Shown: positions 20,244-33,171, counted from the stretch's first letter. The stretch: 64,000 bases of DNA from an uncultured virus (IMG/VR IMGVR_UViG_3300032007_000064) (IMGVR_UViG_3300032007_000064), one strand, 5' to 3'. The notes: a model not told the origin generated them from the sequence alone. Program-made: numbers and translations.

Positions 20244-22552
20244 TTACCATTTATACTTGTTCTTAGCTAAGCTGCTGCGACCGACCATTTGATCAATCGT
20301 CATAGATTGAACCATTCTCTCAAACTTTCCGTCGCTACGCATTTTATTCACAAAGTCATCATAGTTCTCAACATGGTCAATCGGTATATTGAATTGATAC
20401 GTTATATCGCCGAACAAATTGTTGCGCAAGCCACTCGGTTTAGATATACCTGTGATACCTGCGAACAAATCGATTCCATGATTTCCATTATGAATAGCTT
20501 TGTTTAAAACATCTTTTAGAATTGTGAAGTTACGTGTGTCTTCAGCGTTAAGGAACGATTCAGGCTTGCCTGGAGTACCATCAACTTGTGCTAAACCAGT
20601 ATAATCAACAATACCACCGCCCTTAAACTTGTTATATGCATACTTCGTCAAATCGGTGATACCATAGTATTTGCCGACCCACGCACCTGAGTATACATAT
20701 CCGTCTTTCCACATCTGACTAACAATACCTTGTACTTCATCGTAATTAAAACCTTTTGCCTCAAGCTTTTGTTTACGATCAGCACCAGCACCCCAGCCTT
20801 GCAAACCATTGATAATAGCAAGAGCCACACCATACTTTTCCTCAGTAGTTCTTCCGGTTTGTTTTGGAGTTTCTACTTTTTTAGGAGTTGTAGTTTTTGT
20901 TTGAGTGACAGGTTTAGCTGCTGTATTTGTTTTTGTTGTTGTTGTTGTGGATTGAATGGTAGTTTTTGCTATAGCACCACTTTTAGTTGCCATAGCAGCC
21001 ACGTTTGTTGCGATGCCAGAAAGTGTATTGTTTACAGATGTTGCTAATGTTGTATAATCTTTAGGTTGATACATGGAAATAATCTGTCCAGCCTTACCAC
21101 CATTTGACCAAATATCGCTTAATTCATCGCTAACTGTATATCCGACTTTAAATGCTTCCGAAATAATAGTATCACGAATACTACCATCGCCACCTTTAAC
21201 AACACCCATTGCAGCCGTAATAGCAGAATTTGCTAAATTAAAACCACTATCAACTTTGGTACCAATTGAGGTTGCTGTTACACCGTTTGTAGTGAGAATT
21301 GACGACATACCAGTAAGAGATGATAATGCAGAAACAGCTGATGTACCAAGTCTATTTGACATAGCATTAATGGATGAGTTCGTTGTGCTTGTATTTTGGT
21401 TAATTGCTGTAGCATTTTGAATAGCAGCAGAATTAATTGCACCACTTGTTATAATAGCATTTTGATTTAAAGCGGTAGTATTTTGAATAGATGCAGAATT
21501 AGCAGCAGAATTAATTGCACCGCTTGTAATAATAGCATTTTGATTTAAAGCAGTAGTATTTTGAGCTGCAGCAGAATTAATTGCATTACTTGTCGATAAT
21601 GTATTTTGACCAATAGCAAGTGAGTTCTGTGTTGCAGCAGAACTAATTGCACCACTTGTTGTCGCAGTGTTTTGTGCAATTGCATTGTTTACAGTATTAC
21701 TTGTCATAATTGCATTTTCTGCAACAGCAACATTACTTGCGTTTGCACAAGCATTAATGACACTTATCATATCACTAATAAGAGCATCAATATTATCAAG
21801 TCGTTGATTTAAAATAAGTTCATACTCATCATACAAATTGCTAAGCATTTCTTTTGTCTCAGAAATCTGCCGATTGTACTGAGTCTCCTGAAGTTTTTCC
21901 ATTGCATCGTCCAAACTCACTGTGAGCTTCTGTACTCTAGCGCGAGATTCTTCAGAGTTATCACCGCTGTAAGCGGAGAGTTGTTTCTGAATCTTAGAAA
22001 TGTTATCAGCCTGTTCTTTAACTTTTTTCTGATAATCGTATAGACTCTTTGCGGAATCCATCGATTCTTTATATTTATTAATAAGGTCGTTTAATGCTTG
22101 AAGTTCTTTTTGGATTCCTTCATCGATAAGGTCGACGATGGCTTTCTTTTCCTCTTCGGCATTCAATATAGATTCGCGCTGTGCTTCGATCCATTCTTGT
22201 CGCTGTTCAAGTAGAATAGTGTTATTCGGATCATTAGCAAGTTCTTTGTTGAGTTTCTTGACTTCGGCAGCATAACGATCTGCCTGGTTCATAAGAACAT
22301 TATAGTTCATACCATGCAGACCCATCGTTGCCAGACCAGTGTTCGTTAGCATACCAGAATCTTCGTACAGTTTTCCATAACTCATCAGGTCGATAAGGAA
22401 CTGTGCTTCGTCTGTAACTTGCGAAATGCGATCTTGCAGATAGTCAAAGCGATCCCAGAGTACCTCTTTAATTTTGTTACCAAGATCAATAACGGAAGTT
22501 TCTGCTTCTTGAATCGCCTCTTTGACACCATTGATCTCTTGTTGCATGTCAT
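20244..22552 (-). CDS. Tape measure protein, exon 2 (contains a Cpl-7/CW_7-like repeat)
   Basis: Splicing T(23947)+AT(22552) gives ...SQAW-Y-DMQQEING in frame; spliced product ~3060 aa. Confidence 0.85.
21330..21740. repeat. N/A/T-rich peptide repeats in TMP exon 2
   Basis: QNTTALNQNAIITSGAINSAA and degenerate copies. Confidence 0.75.
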
Positions 22553-22615
22553 CATTTGTATTTAGTTGGTTCACTACGCCAACCCGAGTTTCCTCGCTCA
22601 TAGTTTCCTATGAGA

Positions 22616-23650
22616 TTAGACTATATCTTTTACCTGTAATATTTCGTTTAGCTTATTATCGATTAATTGCGACACATTATGCCCATCCAAATATGATATT
22701 CTCAGTAAATGGATTCCGTGCGCCATGCAATAATCATTTTTTATTTTGTCATGTTTTTGTGTGTATTTTAAATGTTTTTCGTTCCATACCTTCTTAAAAT
22801 GATGCGGACCGTCAAACTCAATAATTAAATTATATTTCGGAAGATAGAAGTCAAATGGTAGTTGTCTTTTGTCTTTGCAATCTGCGAATTTCTTTTCACG
22901 AATAAAATCTATTCTAAGCGATGTAAGATAATCTGCGATAATCTTTTCGCCAGAACTTTCATACGAAGAACAAGAATGACACTGATGTTGTTTATTCCCA
23001 ACATAGTCATCAAAACTCACTATATATGTGTGTACACCATTGCATTTGCCACATTGTATTTTGAGGTTTCGCGTATGACTACTAATATAATCTTCTTTAT
23101 TAAGAAGCTTATTGTCATTAAACATTGCAACAACTGATGCAACATAGTCTGGTGTATGCTTACACTTATTTGCCCTTTCTTCATATGAACAAATTCTGCA
23201 TTTATGCCCACTTTGTAAATTATACATTTTCATAATTTGCTTGCCATGTTTAGGGCATATGAATTCAATATTCATATTGCAGTTCACATATTCACTTTCA
23301 TCGGTAATAATTGTATATCCATTCTTCTTACACGCTTCGTATAGTTTAGCAAACTGTTCATGCCTACGTTGATCCTTAGATTTTGAATATCCCTTATTTG
23401 CAGCGCATGATCTGCACAAATCTTTTTCCTCGGAATTCATACGTTTTATGTGTCGACAGTATGGTGTTTCAAACTCAATTCCACATTCGTCACAAATTAC
23501 ACGAATGTGTTTACCGTATGTTTCTGGAAGATCTGTAACATCAATTTCAAATGGATCATCCTTTTTCGTAAAAATAAAACCTTTAGATTCGTAATGACGT
23601 TTATTCCTACCGTTCCAACAGACTTGTATCTTTTGATTCGGAACTAAAAT
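22616..23650 (-). CDS. Intron-encoded homing endonuclease (zinc ribbons plus PD-(D/E)xK/DUF559-like domain)
   Basis: CxxC repeats, ESSGEKII, LPFDFYLP..IIEFDG..HF..HD.IK; the frame is open 70 codons upstream of the track ATG (23440), back to an ATT at 23650 behind an AAGGA RBS. Confidence 0.85.
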   Translation of the reverse strand: MLVPNQKIQVCWNGRNKRHYESKGFIFTKKDDPFEIDVTDLPETYGKHIRVICDECGIEFETPYCRHIKRMNSEEKDLCRSCAANKGYSKSKDQRRHEQFAKLYEACKKNGYTIITDESEYVNCNMNIEFICPKHGKQIMKMYNLQSGHKCRICSYEERANKCKHTPDYVASVVAMFNDNKLLNKEDYISSHTRNLKIQCGKCNGVHTYIVSFDDYVGNKQHQCHSCSSYESSGEKIIADYLTSLRIDFIREKKFADCKDKRQLPFDFYLPKYNLIIEFDGPHHFKKVWNEKHLKYTQKHDKIKNDYCMAHGIHLLRISYLDGHNVSQLIDNKLNEILQVKDIV

Positions 23651-23673
23651 AGTATCACGTCCTTTTTACATAA

Positions 23674-23700
23674 TAAAAAAACTAGGCTGTAAGCCTAGTT
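23674..23700 (-). terminator. Intrinsic-terminator-like hairpin inside the intron, just upstream of the endonuclease
   Basis: ACTAGGCT-TAC-AGCCTAGT followed by TTTTTT. Confidence 0.55.
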
Positions 23701-23946
23701 GATAATTACAGGTAATTCACCTTTTCGAACTGCCAATCGTTTGCAGTTCTACTCCCAAAAGGGATAGTCGTTGAGCGTTCCCCTATTCGGGGCTTCGTTG
23801 CTGATTGTCCAATTCTCACAGTTTTTGAACCATCACGTTTATACATATTTCATTATTGCGTTGTGGTCTGTGAGACTCTAAGGATTTTCCAGCAATTAAA
23901 TGAATTTATATTTACATGCATTACTGCATGGCGAGGCTAGATATTA

Positions 23947-26900
23947 ACCACGCTTGGCTGTACTCCTTGATCTCACCAGAGTTTACAGCTTGCGACATCT
24001 TCTCGATAAGCGCGTCGAGTTCTTTTTGCATCACAGAAATGTTCTGCTTCTCGACTTTTTGCATAGCTTTATAATACTCAGTGGTCATTAGATAACCGCG
24101 AGCCTCGATATCGTCCATGCCATTTTCGTAAGTCTGGGTGAGATGTTTCAGAAGTGCGAGTTGAGCATCAAAGTCGTCTTTTGTATCGTTGAAGCGATCT
24201 TCGTAAAGTTGGCCTAAATCTTCGTGAAGCTGAAGAATAGCCTCATCGCAATCAAGCGCTTTTTCATACCATTCTTGATAGTCATTTATAAGATCTTGAG
24301 TTTCTTTGCTATATTCATTAATATCAATCGCGCCGTCACGTACACGTTGCGCAAGATCCTCAGAGAGTCCAACAGAATTGGCCTCCTGAATATAACGATC
24401 ATATGCCTCAGCTTGAAGTTCGATTTCCTCTGTTACACGAACAATTTCATCGCCAGTATTTCTGAGTCGTGTAGTAAGAGTTTGGAATGTACTTTTTGCA
24501 ATAATTCCAAGTTGCTTGATTGCCCTTTCAATGCGGTCAATAGCAATTTCTATCCAATCGAACTTTTCCGAATCGTCATCTTCTGAATTATTTCCGCTGT
24601 TCCTACTACTGCCTCCTCCAGAAGATTTGGATTTTGACCCAGAAGAAGATTTACTACCAAGACTAGTCGTTGAACCTCCATTTGTTCTTCTTTTGGCTGC
24701 GCTACCCAAAGTATATGCGTTTGACAATATACTGCCGTCCGCATAAGCATGACCATGTCCTGACGCCTTACCTGTTTGAATTAAAGCTTTAGTCTGAGCA
24801 GCTGATAATATTATATCTCCCTTTCTAAGAGCCTCCTGATGCATACCACCAGGAAGGAGCATCCATTGACCATCACGTATTATAGATTCAGTACCAAGCT
24901 CATTCACTAGGGCGAGTTCATCTCGATCTAATGCAACTTTTCCATCAGCGTATGCATGTTTCCAATTCCACGGAGCGTTTACCATAGACCCGTCTGCTCT
25001 AGCGATTGATGTCATTGTACCAGACGCCTTTGTAAGTCTTCCGCCACCAACGGTATGAACACTGTATGTTACACTTCGCTGAAGATTCGGATAGTTTGGA
25101 GCTGGAGGTGCATTAACTTTATAGTTTACAGATGGATTTTGGTTTGGATAATTAGGTGCTGCGGGAGCATCTATACCGTATGTGACCTGTGGATTTTGAT
25201 CGGCATATTCAGCCTCTGGGTCTGCATGGACCGTATAATTAACTGGTATATTTATTGAGTTATCTGCAAATTGACTTGCTATACCGGTAGGATCGCCTAA
25301 ATTTTCTTCGGTGACTCCAATTGCAATTTGCACCTCAGTTGGAAGGGCAGCAATATCAGCTGCAATCTGCTGAACCTCAGTGCTTCCTTCAACAAATGTA
25401 TGAACATTAATACCTTGACTGTTTGCTTCAGCTATTAGCTGATTAACCCTCTCAATCTTTTGAACCGCAGAATCAAGTCCGCCACCAGTTTCAGTATTTA
25501 ACTTAATATAGTATTCTTGATCAAGCAAATACTGAAGCGCTTCCATCATTGCAAGTGCATCTTCGCCACCATCAGCTTCGATATCTATCTCTGCTGTAAG
25601 ACCATCTAATTCATTGATTTTCGCTTGTAGTTCTCCAGCAGACATTTCGCTAATATCAAAATCCAAACTAATACCAGCGCTATCAAGAATACCAGTTTTT
25701 TGATTAAGATTCTTTAATGACCCAGTCAATATATCGAGATTGCTATTATCAAAAATAACAGCACCGCCTGTATCAACAAGTGCTCGCTCAAAAGATTGTA
25801 TTGCCTCTGTCGACAGGCCAAACATATCTGAGACTTCTTGCAATTTGTTACCTGTGAAATCCCAAACATTGTATCCATCTCTTACTGTTGAATATGCATC
25901 TCCAAAAACGTGATTAACATCGTCCAAAAACATGAACAATCCGTCGGACACTAGACTTCCGTTTGAATCATATTGCCAATAATCTAATATGCTATGACCT
26001 GTATCCGCAATTGTCTGTCCAAGACGTGCCCAGTCTGCTTCTGCATCACCAGTTCTAGCAGATGGATTAAGAACTAAATCTAACCAAGCGTTTAATGCTG
26101 GGTCGCCATACCACCCGGCGTCTTTTATCTTTTCCATCTCGCTGAAGCCAGAACCGATTCCTTCGTAAGTATCTCGTTCTTTCGAACCTGATTTGGCACT
26201 TATCCATGCGTTGTATGCAGATGCTAATCCTTCATATTGAGCCATTAATTGCTGTGTTGCAGCTATTTCAGCTTCAATTGCAGATGTATCAGCACCCTGA
26301 GATCTCAAGTCTTTATACTGGGCATATTGATCTGCCAATTGTTTTGCTAGATCTGTCAGCTTAGACTGTTCAATTTCCGCATTCAGACGTTTTAATTCTT
26401 CGTTATTAAGGTGAACACCGTTTAATGTGTTTTCAAATAATTTTTCAGGATCAAAGCTCTCAAGATCTTTATATGCAGCTGTAAGTTTTTCAATTTCTTC
26501 TGTAGATAAACCTGTTGCACTCCTTGAGCTATTAATTGCAGATGATAATGTTGATTGATATTCGCTAAAAGATTCGAAGGATGATGATACATCATCAATT
26601 TGTTGAGATACATCTTCAGACACTATACCGAGAGTGACCAACTGACCTATGACATTTTCGATACTAGAAGATGAAGCATCTGAAACCAGTCCAGCATCAA
26701 CCATTGCATCTACTAATGCCTTTACTTTTGCCTGTGGACTACCTGCTACAATACCGACACCATCTAAAACATCTTGATATGCATTAAGAAAACTAGATGT
26801 TGTTAATCCAAGCTCTTTTACATCATTACTATATGTTTGAAGTCTTTTATCAACAGCAGATGCATCTTTCCCAGTAAAAGCTTTTGTAAATTTATCCTGT

Positions 26901-29900
26901 TGTAGAGCTGCCTGAACAATTTGATTTCCAATGTCTGTGAAGATAGAGGCATATTGTTCTAATGCTCCGCCTGGTGCTATTGCTTCCTGTATTATTGGGT
27001 TAAGTGATGAATATTTGTCTAACGCAGATGCTAATTCCTCTTTATTGCCAGACAAAAATGCCTCATTAACATCGGCAACAGCTTTTGCATATTCATTCAT
27101 CCATTCTGCAGCGGTCTGAGCATCACGACTACGATCAAGCTGTAGAGGATCATCGTCTGTAATTATTTTTGCTTGTTTATATTGATCGTATATTTCTTGA
27201 TATTTGCCAATTCTTTCATTGGCAATACCAATAAATGTGTCGCCCATTTCACGTATATAATCTATAGTATCTGTTGTTGTAAGACCTTCTTCGGCATTAC
27301 GAAGATCAGTCATAAAATCAGTCAGGCGTTGTACATCTTGTGCTGTTCCTTTAAAATACAGGCCACTTTTTCCATAATTTAATTCTTGTATTTCGAAAAG
27401 ATCCTCGTAGTCTTTGGCGACTTCTCTGATTACTTTTCCTTCTTCTGTCCACTGATAAAATTCACCTAAAAACGCAGCCTGATTGGAACTAATGCTCCTA
27501 GCCCCAATCATATTTTCCATTGCGTTAATAGCGTCTGAGAGACCAGAACCCTTTACTCCAAGTCCATTCTCAGTTAAGAATGTTTCGGCATTTTGTTTTA
27601 ATAAATCGCGAACCTGTTGTACATTTCTTTCCATAGAGCCATTAAACAAGTCTAAGTTTTCTGCTCCCTTGCTGTATGACTCATTCAATTGATTTTGTAT
27701 GTCAAGAAGTTCCTTTTTTGCAGAATACGCATCGGATTCCGAAAGCGATCCCTCGTCTAGTTTTGTTCGGAGATCAGTTATTTTGTTAGCGTAATCATCT
27801 ATTGCTGCGGATTGTTTTTCAAATGCCTGAGCACCAGACTCTGCTTTTTGGCGTTGTTCTTCCTGCACCTTCTGATATTGCTCATAAATAGCAATAGCAG
27901 CAGTTATACCGGCTGAAATGCCAAGCATTGCGAGATTTCCTTTATTATGAAAAGTCTCGCTCAAAGACCACTCAAGATCATTCTCACTTTCTTTCATGTT
28001 TTTCATGAAAGATTTCATTATTTTTCCGGTTGCTAAAGTAGTTAGTGTAGTGCCAAGAACACCAACGTGATCAATTATGCCATCAATTGCATTTAATGAC
28101 CCTTTGCCAAAATCCACAACACCCTTCATCAAGGAGCCGCTAAATATATCATGTGACAATTCTTGGAATGCGGCTTTAAGCTGTCCAACATGAGCAGCTG
28201 TTGTATCCATATAAAGAGCATTTGCTTCCATTGCTGTACCTGCAGAGTTCTGTGCGTCAGCAAAAGCGCCCATAGCATCTTTAATATTAGTGATTGTCGA
28301 CATAATACCAGACAATTGTCTAGTACCACCTAATATTTCAGCAACTCGTGCTCTAGCTGGATCGCCATTAATATTATCCCAGACTTGAGCTAAACCAACA
28401 AAAATATCATAGAGATTTTTATAGTTTCCAGTTGCATCTTGAATGTCAAACCCGGTCAGTTGAAGAAGTTCATCACGATATTTCGAGAATCCAGTTGCGA
28501 GATCATCCGTAGATTCACCCAACTCCTGAAGTTCAGTTTTAGAATTTCTAATTCTAGCACTGACCGTCTTCCAAAGAGTACCTGTGGTCGCTGCATTTTG
28601 AAGCGACGCATTAGTTGCTGCAAAAAGAGCTGCAGACTGTTCAAAACTAGTCCCGGACGCACTCATTGCAGCACCGCCACGTTGGAATGCTTGCATTAGT
28701 TCAGATGCAGAAATAGCATACTTTTGACCAACTTCAATCAGAACATCACTAACATGTTCCGCGCTGGAGGCGTCCATTTGGAAGCCTTTGATAATAGATG
28801 TAATACCGGTAGTTGCCTCGTCTACACTTACATCACCAACATTCGCCATAATATTTGCAAATTTTGATAATTCAGTAGCTTCACCCAATGAATAACCAAG
28901 ACGACTGAACACCTCAATTGATCCTGCAACCTCTGTTATACTTTTGCCAAGATCTTGCGCTTGCGATGAGGCAGTATTAAAAAAATGAGTCATTTGTGTG
29001 TCAGTAGCACCGGTAACAATTTGAATACGAGTCATAGCGCTTTCTATTTCCATAGAAGCCTGCGCCATTTGTTTGACTGTTTCAATTCCTTTTTGCATTA
29101 CCATATATGGCGTTATGTAACGACTTAAATTGGAAAATGCATTTTTAAATTTATCGCCAAATGATAATGTGTCTTTATTAAAATGCTGAATATTACTTTC
29201 AGCCTCTAATGCGGCTTTTGAAATATTTCTAAATTCATTAGTATATTCACCATTAGATAATTTTCCAACATTTCTTTTATATTCAAGTTCACTAAGTGCA
29301 TTACTAGCTTTTTGTAAATTCTTATAGCTTTCAGCAGTTCTTTGATCGCGTGACGCAGCTGTCCAATTTGCTAATTCCTTATCTATTTGTGATCTTCGTG
29401 ATAATATACTTTGCTGCGCTTTATAATCAAGTTCTGGATTATCTTTTAATAACTGATTATATTCTGCTTCTTTTTTGTTACGTTCTTCTGCTTCTTTGAT
29501 TTGGCGTTGTGTCTCTTGCTTTTCGCGTTTGGCTAATTCTAACTGGACATCATTACTCCAGTCATTTATTCGTTTTTCTTCTTCCGCCTGTCTCTTTATT
29601 TCTTCATTGTGATTTTTTCTTTGCTCTTCTAATTGCTTTTGTGTTTCCTGGCGATCGCCTTTTGTTATAACATCTTGTACTTCTTGTTCCCATTTAGCCC
29701 TTTGTTCTGCAGAGTTCTGAGCATCTTTTAGCTGCCTTTCAGTTTCTTGATGTTCGCCTTTAGCTATTTGTTGCGTTACTTCGTTTTGCCATTTAAGATG
29801 TTGTTCAGTTTGCCGTTTATATTCTGCATCTTGCTCTTTTGCTTTATCGCGTTGTTCTTTTAATTGCCTTTCAGTTTCCTGTCTGTTGCCCTTAGCAATA

Positions 29901-30826
29901 GTATCTCTAACTTCTTGTTGCCATTTAGCATGTTGATTTTCGACATCCTGTACTTCTTTTAGTTGTCTTTCTGTTTCTTTGTGTTCACCTTTAGCAATCT
30001 CTTTCGCAACATCACGTTGCGCTTTTTCGCGCATTTTATTGATTTCTTTTTGGGCAGATTCTTCTCTAGCAGCGCGTTCTTTTACTTCACGGATTCCTTG
30101 GTCTTCATATGCTTTTTGTTCTGCAGCGCGTGCTTTTTCTAAATCGCGTTCACGATTTGCCTCTATCCTTGATTCTTCTTTTGCACGTTGTTCTGCTGCT
30201 TTAAGTATATCGTCATGACCTCGTATTATTTGATTTGTTACTTCATTTGAGTATTCGCCATTTTTCTTTATCGTTTCGAGACTTAATTCAGCAGATTCCG
30301 TAATGTTTCTAAAATTTCGATTGAATGAATTGTTTGTTTGATTTCCGTGAGGGTCTCCAAGTTTATTCCTCAAAGATTTCATATCTGTGAGTCGCTTATT
30401 ATAGTTTTCCCACTCTTTACGAGATTTTGCATCTCCTAAACTAGCGTCTTGCATAGAAGAGAGATTTTTTTCCATCTCCTTCACAGCTTTATTAGTTGCT
30501 TTTAAAGCAGATCTATATTCGTTCGAATCTTTTATAATACGTTGACTACTAGCATGTAGTACGTCCGTATTTTTTGCTGCTTGTTTTATACTAGTAGATG
30601 CACTATTAGCGCCAATAGACGTTTGTTTAAACGCATTTTTTCCAGCTTTGTCTAAACCTTTTATTAAGTTGTTCAGACCTTTTTGACCTTCTGCATCTTC
30701 TACTTTTATTTTTATAATATGAGGTCTATCCTCAAGTTCTGATAATGTTGCTTTAATATCATCAAAACCAGAACCAACTAATTCGGGTTTAATTTTAATA
30801 ATAGCACTACCGGCATCTCCGGCCAT
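23947..30826 (-). CDS. Tape measure protein, exon 1 (TP901-like core)
   Basis: Long helical protein; IESAMTRIQIVTG, FSRLGY, SDVLIEVGQKYAIS, GTLWKTVSARIR core; N-terminal KGEHQETERQLK repeats; RBS favours ATG 30826. Confidence 0.9.
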
Positions 30827-30848
30827 ATTCTTCACCTACCTTTACATA

Positions 30849-30878
30849 AAGAAAAGGATTGGCGAAGATGCCAATCCT
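30849..30878 (-). terminator. Intrinsic terminator upstream of the tape measure
   Basis: AGGATTGGC-ATCTTC-GCCAATCCT followed by TTTCTTT. Confidence 0.6.
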
Positions 30879-31368
30879 AACCTCCAAATCTTCCACTTGG
30901 TTGAACGCTTATAACTTGATAATCGCCACCACCGCTTACTTGAAATACGGCCAATCCAGTTTGAACAAATTGCGCCGGTAATCTAGCTGGTCGTGATTTT
31001 TTTACTTCATTTGTATTTGGATAATATACAGTTAATTGATTAGCTACGTATCCATTATTGAATAGTGCAGCCATATCGTCTACACCACCATAAATTTCAG
31101 GCATTAACGATGGTCTAAATTGTGCAGGGATGTTTACACCAATTTCATATATTCCATTTCCACATTTTGTAACACCTCCTGGAGTAGCAAATCCAACTGC
31201 AGCCATCTCATTGCCAAACAAAGCATTTGAAATTGCATCATTCACACAACTAGCCAAATGGTTTGCAGCTTGAGCAGCAATGGCATCACCATCGGCACCA
31301 ATCAAAGAAGAGCCGTCACCGATTTTTGAATGTACTTCAGCCATAATACCAGCCATATTCAAAGGCAT
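30877..31368 (-). CDS. Putative tail completion/neck protein
   Basis: Position; RPSL..YGG.DDMAALFNNGY motif. Confidence 0.5.
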   Translation of the reverse strand: MPLNMAGIMAEVHSKIGDGSSLIGADGDAIAAQAANHLASCVNDAISNALFGNEMAAVGFATPGGVTKCGNGIYEIGVNIPAQFRPSLMPEIYGGVDDMAALFNNGYVANQLTVYYPNTNEVKKSRPARLPAQFVQTGLAVFQVSGGGDYQVISVQPSGRFGG

Positions 31369-31973
31369 TACTCATCACCTTCTTTGTTCTGCGATTCTTT
31401 GTAACGCATCATAGCTCTAGTAATTTCTTCATCGCTAACAGAACCATCATTCATACCTGCAAACACCTTCACAAGGTTTGCAAGCTCATCAGGCGACATT
31501 TCGGAATACATTTGAGATACCTGATCTGTAAGCGACATAAGAGAAGAGTAGATCTCATCGATTTTTTTCTTATACTCACGATGTTCTACGCTTTCTACAG
31601 ATTTGAGCTTTGCATCAATTGCCTGCATAATGTTTTTAAATTCGTCGTGGCAAATTGCTTCGTCAATAATCATAGGTACGAGATCAGATCCATAAACAAA
31701 ATTATATTGATCTTCATAACTTTCAGGCAGTTCGATGTTAGTATATTTTTGTATAACTGCAACGCGTACAAGAAAATCTTTTAATTCAGGAAGATATGTC
31801 TCGTTGTCGTCTTGAAAACAATTGTTTACAACAAAATCAACAAATCCGATCATCTCATCTATAGAGATATGTCTGCGCACTGTTACATCAACACTGCCAA
31901 CAGTAATCACTTTTGTTTCAGGGAAATAATCATTCATATATTCACTAAAAGCTTCCGCTTTAATTCTTTCCAT
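31368..31973 (-). CDS. Putative tail assembly chaperone
   Basis: Acidic 201 aa protein with YLPEL..KYTNIELP, between the tail tube and tape measure genes. Confidence 0.55.
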   Translation of the reverse strand: MERIKAEAFSEYMNDYFPETKVITVGSVDVTVRRHISIDEMIGFVDFVVNNCFQDDNETYLPELKDFLVRVAVIQKYTNIELPESYEDQYNFVYGSDLVPMIIDEAICHDEFKNIMQAIDAKLKSVESVEHREYKKKIDEIYSSLMSLTDQVSQMYSEMSPDELANLVKVFAGMNDGSVSDEEITRAMMRYKESQNKEGDE

Positions 31974-32004
31974 AATTTTAGCTCCTTTATCTCAAACATG
32001 TGTT

Positions 32005-32592
32005 TTATTCATACTGAAAACCTCTAATCGAGTGACCGCACCGTATATCTGGATCAGCCCATATTACATATCCAGCATTTCTAGCTTGCGAACAGAAATA
32101 CAAATCTTCAGAAAGAAATGCACCGCCGTCATATATTACATATTTAAACCACGGATATGATAATTTTCTTAATACATTTACATTGATTAATATACATCCA
32201 AAACCACAACCCTTTATTTTAAATCTTTCGTCGCTTTGTAGTTCGTCATATGTATACCTATCAACATAATCCTTCGGTCCGATTTTAAATAATTCAGTTT
32301 CTTTGCTTTGTGTGTTTTTTCGTGGATATACACCTGTGCAAATATCAACAGGGTCAGCAAGCATTTTATCCAATGTATTTGCTGGTATAATCACATCACT
32401 GTCAACCATTAACACATAATCATAATTACTATTAATGGCTTTTTTAACTATTTCATTTCGTGCTCTTGCACAGTCATACCCTTTAACAAATTCAAAATCT
32501 GCGTTTTCATATTTATGACATGCATTATAAACAGACCGGAATGTATCCGGTAATATATTTTCAAACGTTGGTATTGCAACCAGTATTTTCAT
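32005..32592 (-). CDS. GT-A fold (GT2-like) glycosyltransferase
   Basis: MKILVAIP, ARARNEIV, YVLMVDSDV (DxD), GCGFGCILI, SEDLYFC, DPDIRCGH. Confidence 0.9.
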   Translation of the reverse strand: MKILVAIPTFENILPDTFRSVYNACHKYENADFEFVKGYDCARARNEIVKKAINSNYDYVLMVDSDVIIPANTLDKMLADPVDICTGVYPRKNTQSKETELFKIGPKDYVDRYTYDELQSDERFKIKGCGFGCILINVNVLRKLSYPWFKYVIYDGGAFLSEDLYFCSQARNAGYVIWADPDIRCGHSIRGFQYE

Positions 32593-32598
32593 TTTTAA

Positions 32599-33171
32599 TT
32601 ACCCCTTTTTCTCCGTATACTTTTCACATATGCCATCATGAATCTCTGGTTGAATTCGACCCTCCATCGCTTTATTAAAAATGCTGCAATTACGTCCAGA
32701 TCTTGTACAAGAAGAGCAGTGCAGCTTAAAATCTTCATATTCATTTTCATTGGCAAAAACGCCTATATATTCTACTGGATGTATTGTCAATTCAATTCTG
32801 GGATTCTGTGTATCAAAATATATTCCTTGAGCACGTTCACACACAGTGTCATCGTCTTTCCAAACAACTTGTGTCTTTGAAATCGTGTCCAATAAAACTT
32901 TCCAATAGTTATTACAGTCCATCCGTTTTCTAGGAAAATAAAACACCCCATCAACATAGACATGTTTGCTTCCATCGAGTGGTACATCCCACCCTTGTTC
33001 GGCGACTGCATCTTTTACAATCTTAGAAAAATCTCTACAAAAAAAGACGGCGTCCGCCGTCTTATAAGGAACATCAATTGGCTTTCCATTTTTAAGTATT
33101 GCCCGATGCCCCATATAATGATTAACACTAGGAGGGAAGGGGGAAGTAATATGTAATTCGTAATTTGCCAC
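32599..33171 (-). CDS. rusA: RusA-like Holliday junction resolvase
   Basis: PPSVNHY, FYFP..RMDCNNYWKVLLD, VWKDD, NPRIELTI. Confidence 0.8.
   Translation of the reverse strand: MANYELHITSPFPPSVNHYMGHRAILKNGKPIDVPYKTADAVFFCRDFSKIVKDAVAEQGWDVPLDGSKHVYVDGVFYFPRKRMDCNNYWKVLLDTISKTQVVWKDDDTVCERAQGIYFDTQNPRIELTIHPVEYIGVFANENEYEDFKLHCSSCTRSGRNCSIFNKAMEGRIQPEIHDGICEKYTEKKG

Larger units (their letters stand above)
22553..23946 (-). mobile_element. Group I intron (1394 nt) in the tape-measure gene, with an endonuclease ORF in P8
   Basis: Exon ends in U (P1 GCGUGGU/GCCUCGC); AAUUGCUGGAAA (P), AAUCAGCAAC (Q), UCAACGACUA (R), AAGAUAUAGUC (S); P8 UUACCUGUAAU/AUUACAGGUAA; terminal G. Confidence 0.9.

Noticed and set aside
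31368..31973. Programmed -1 frameshift in the tail chaperone
   Set aside because: No convincing slippery heptamer with an overlapping downstream frame was identified by eye
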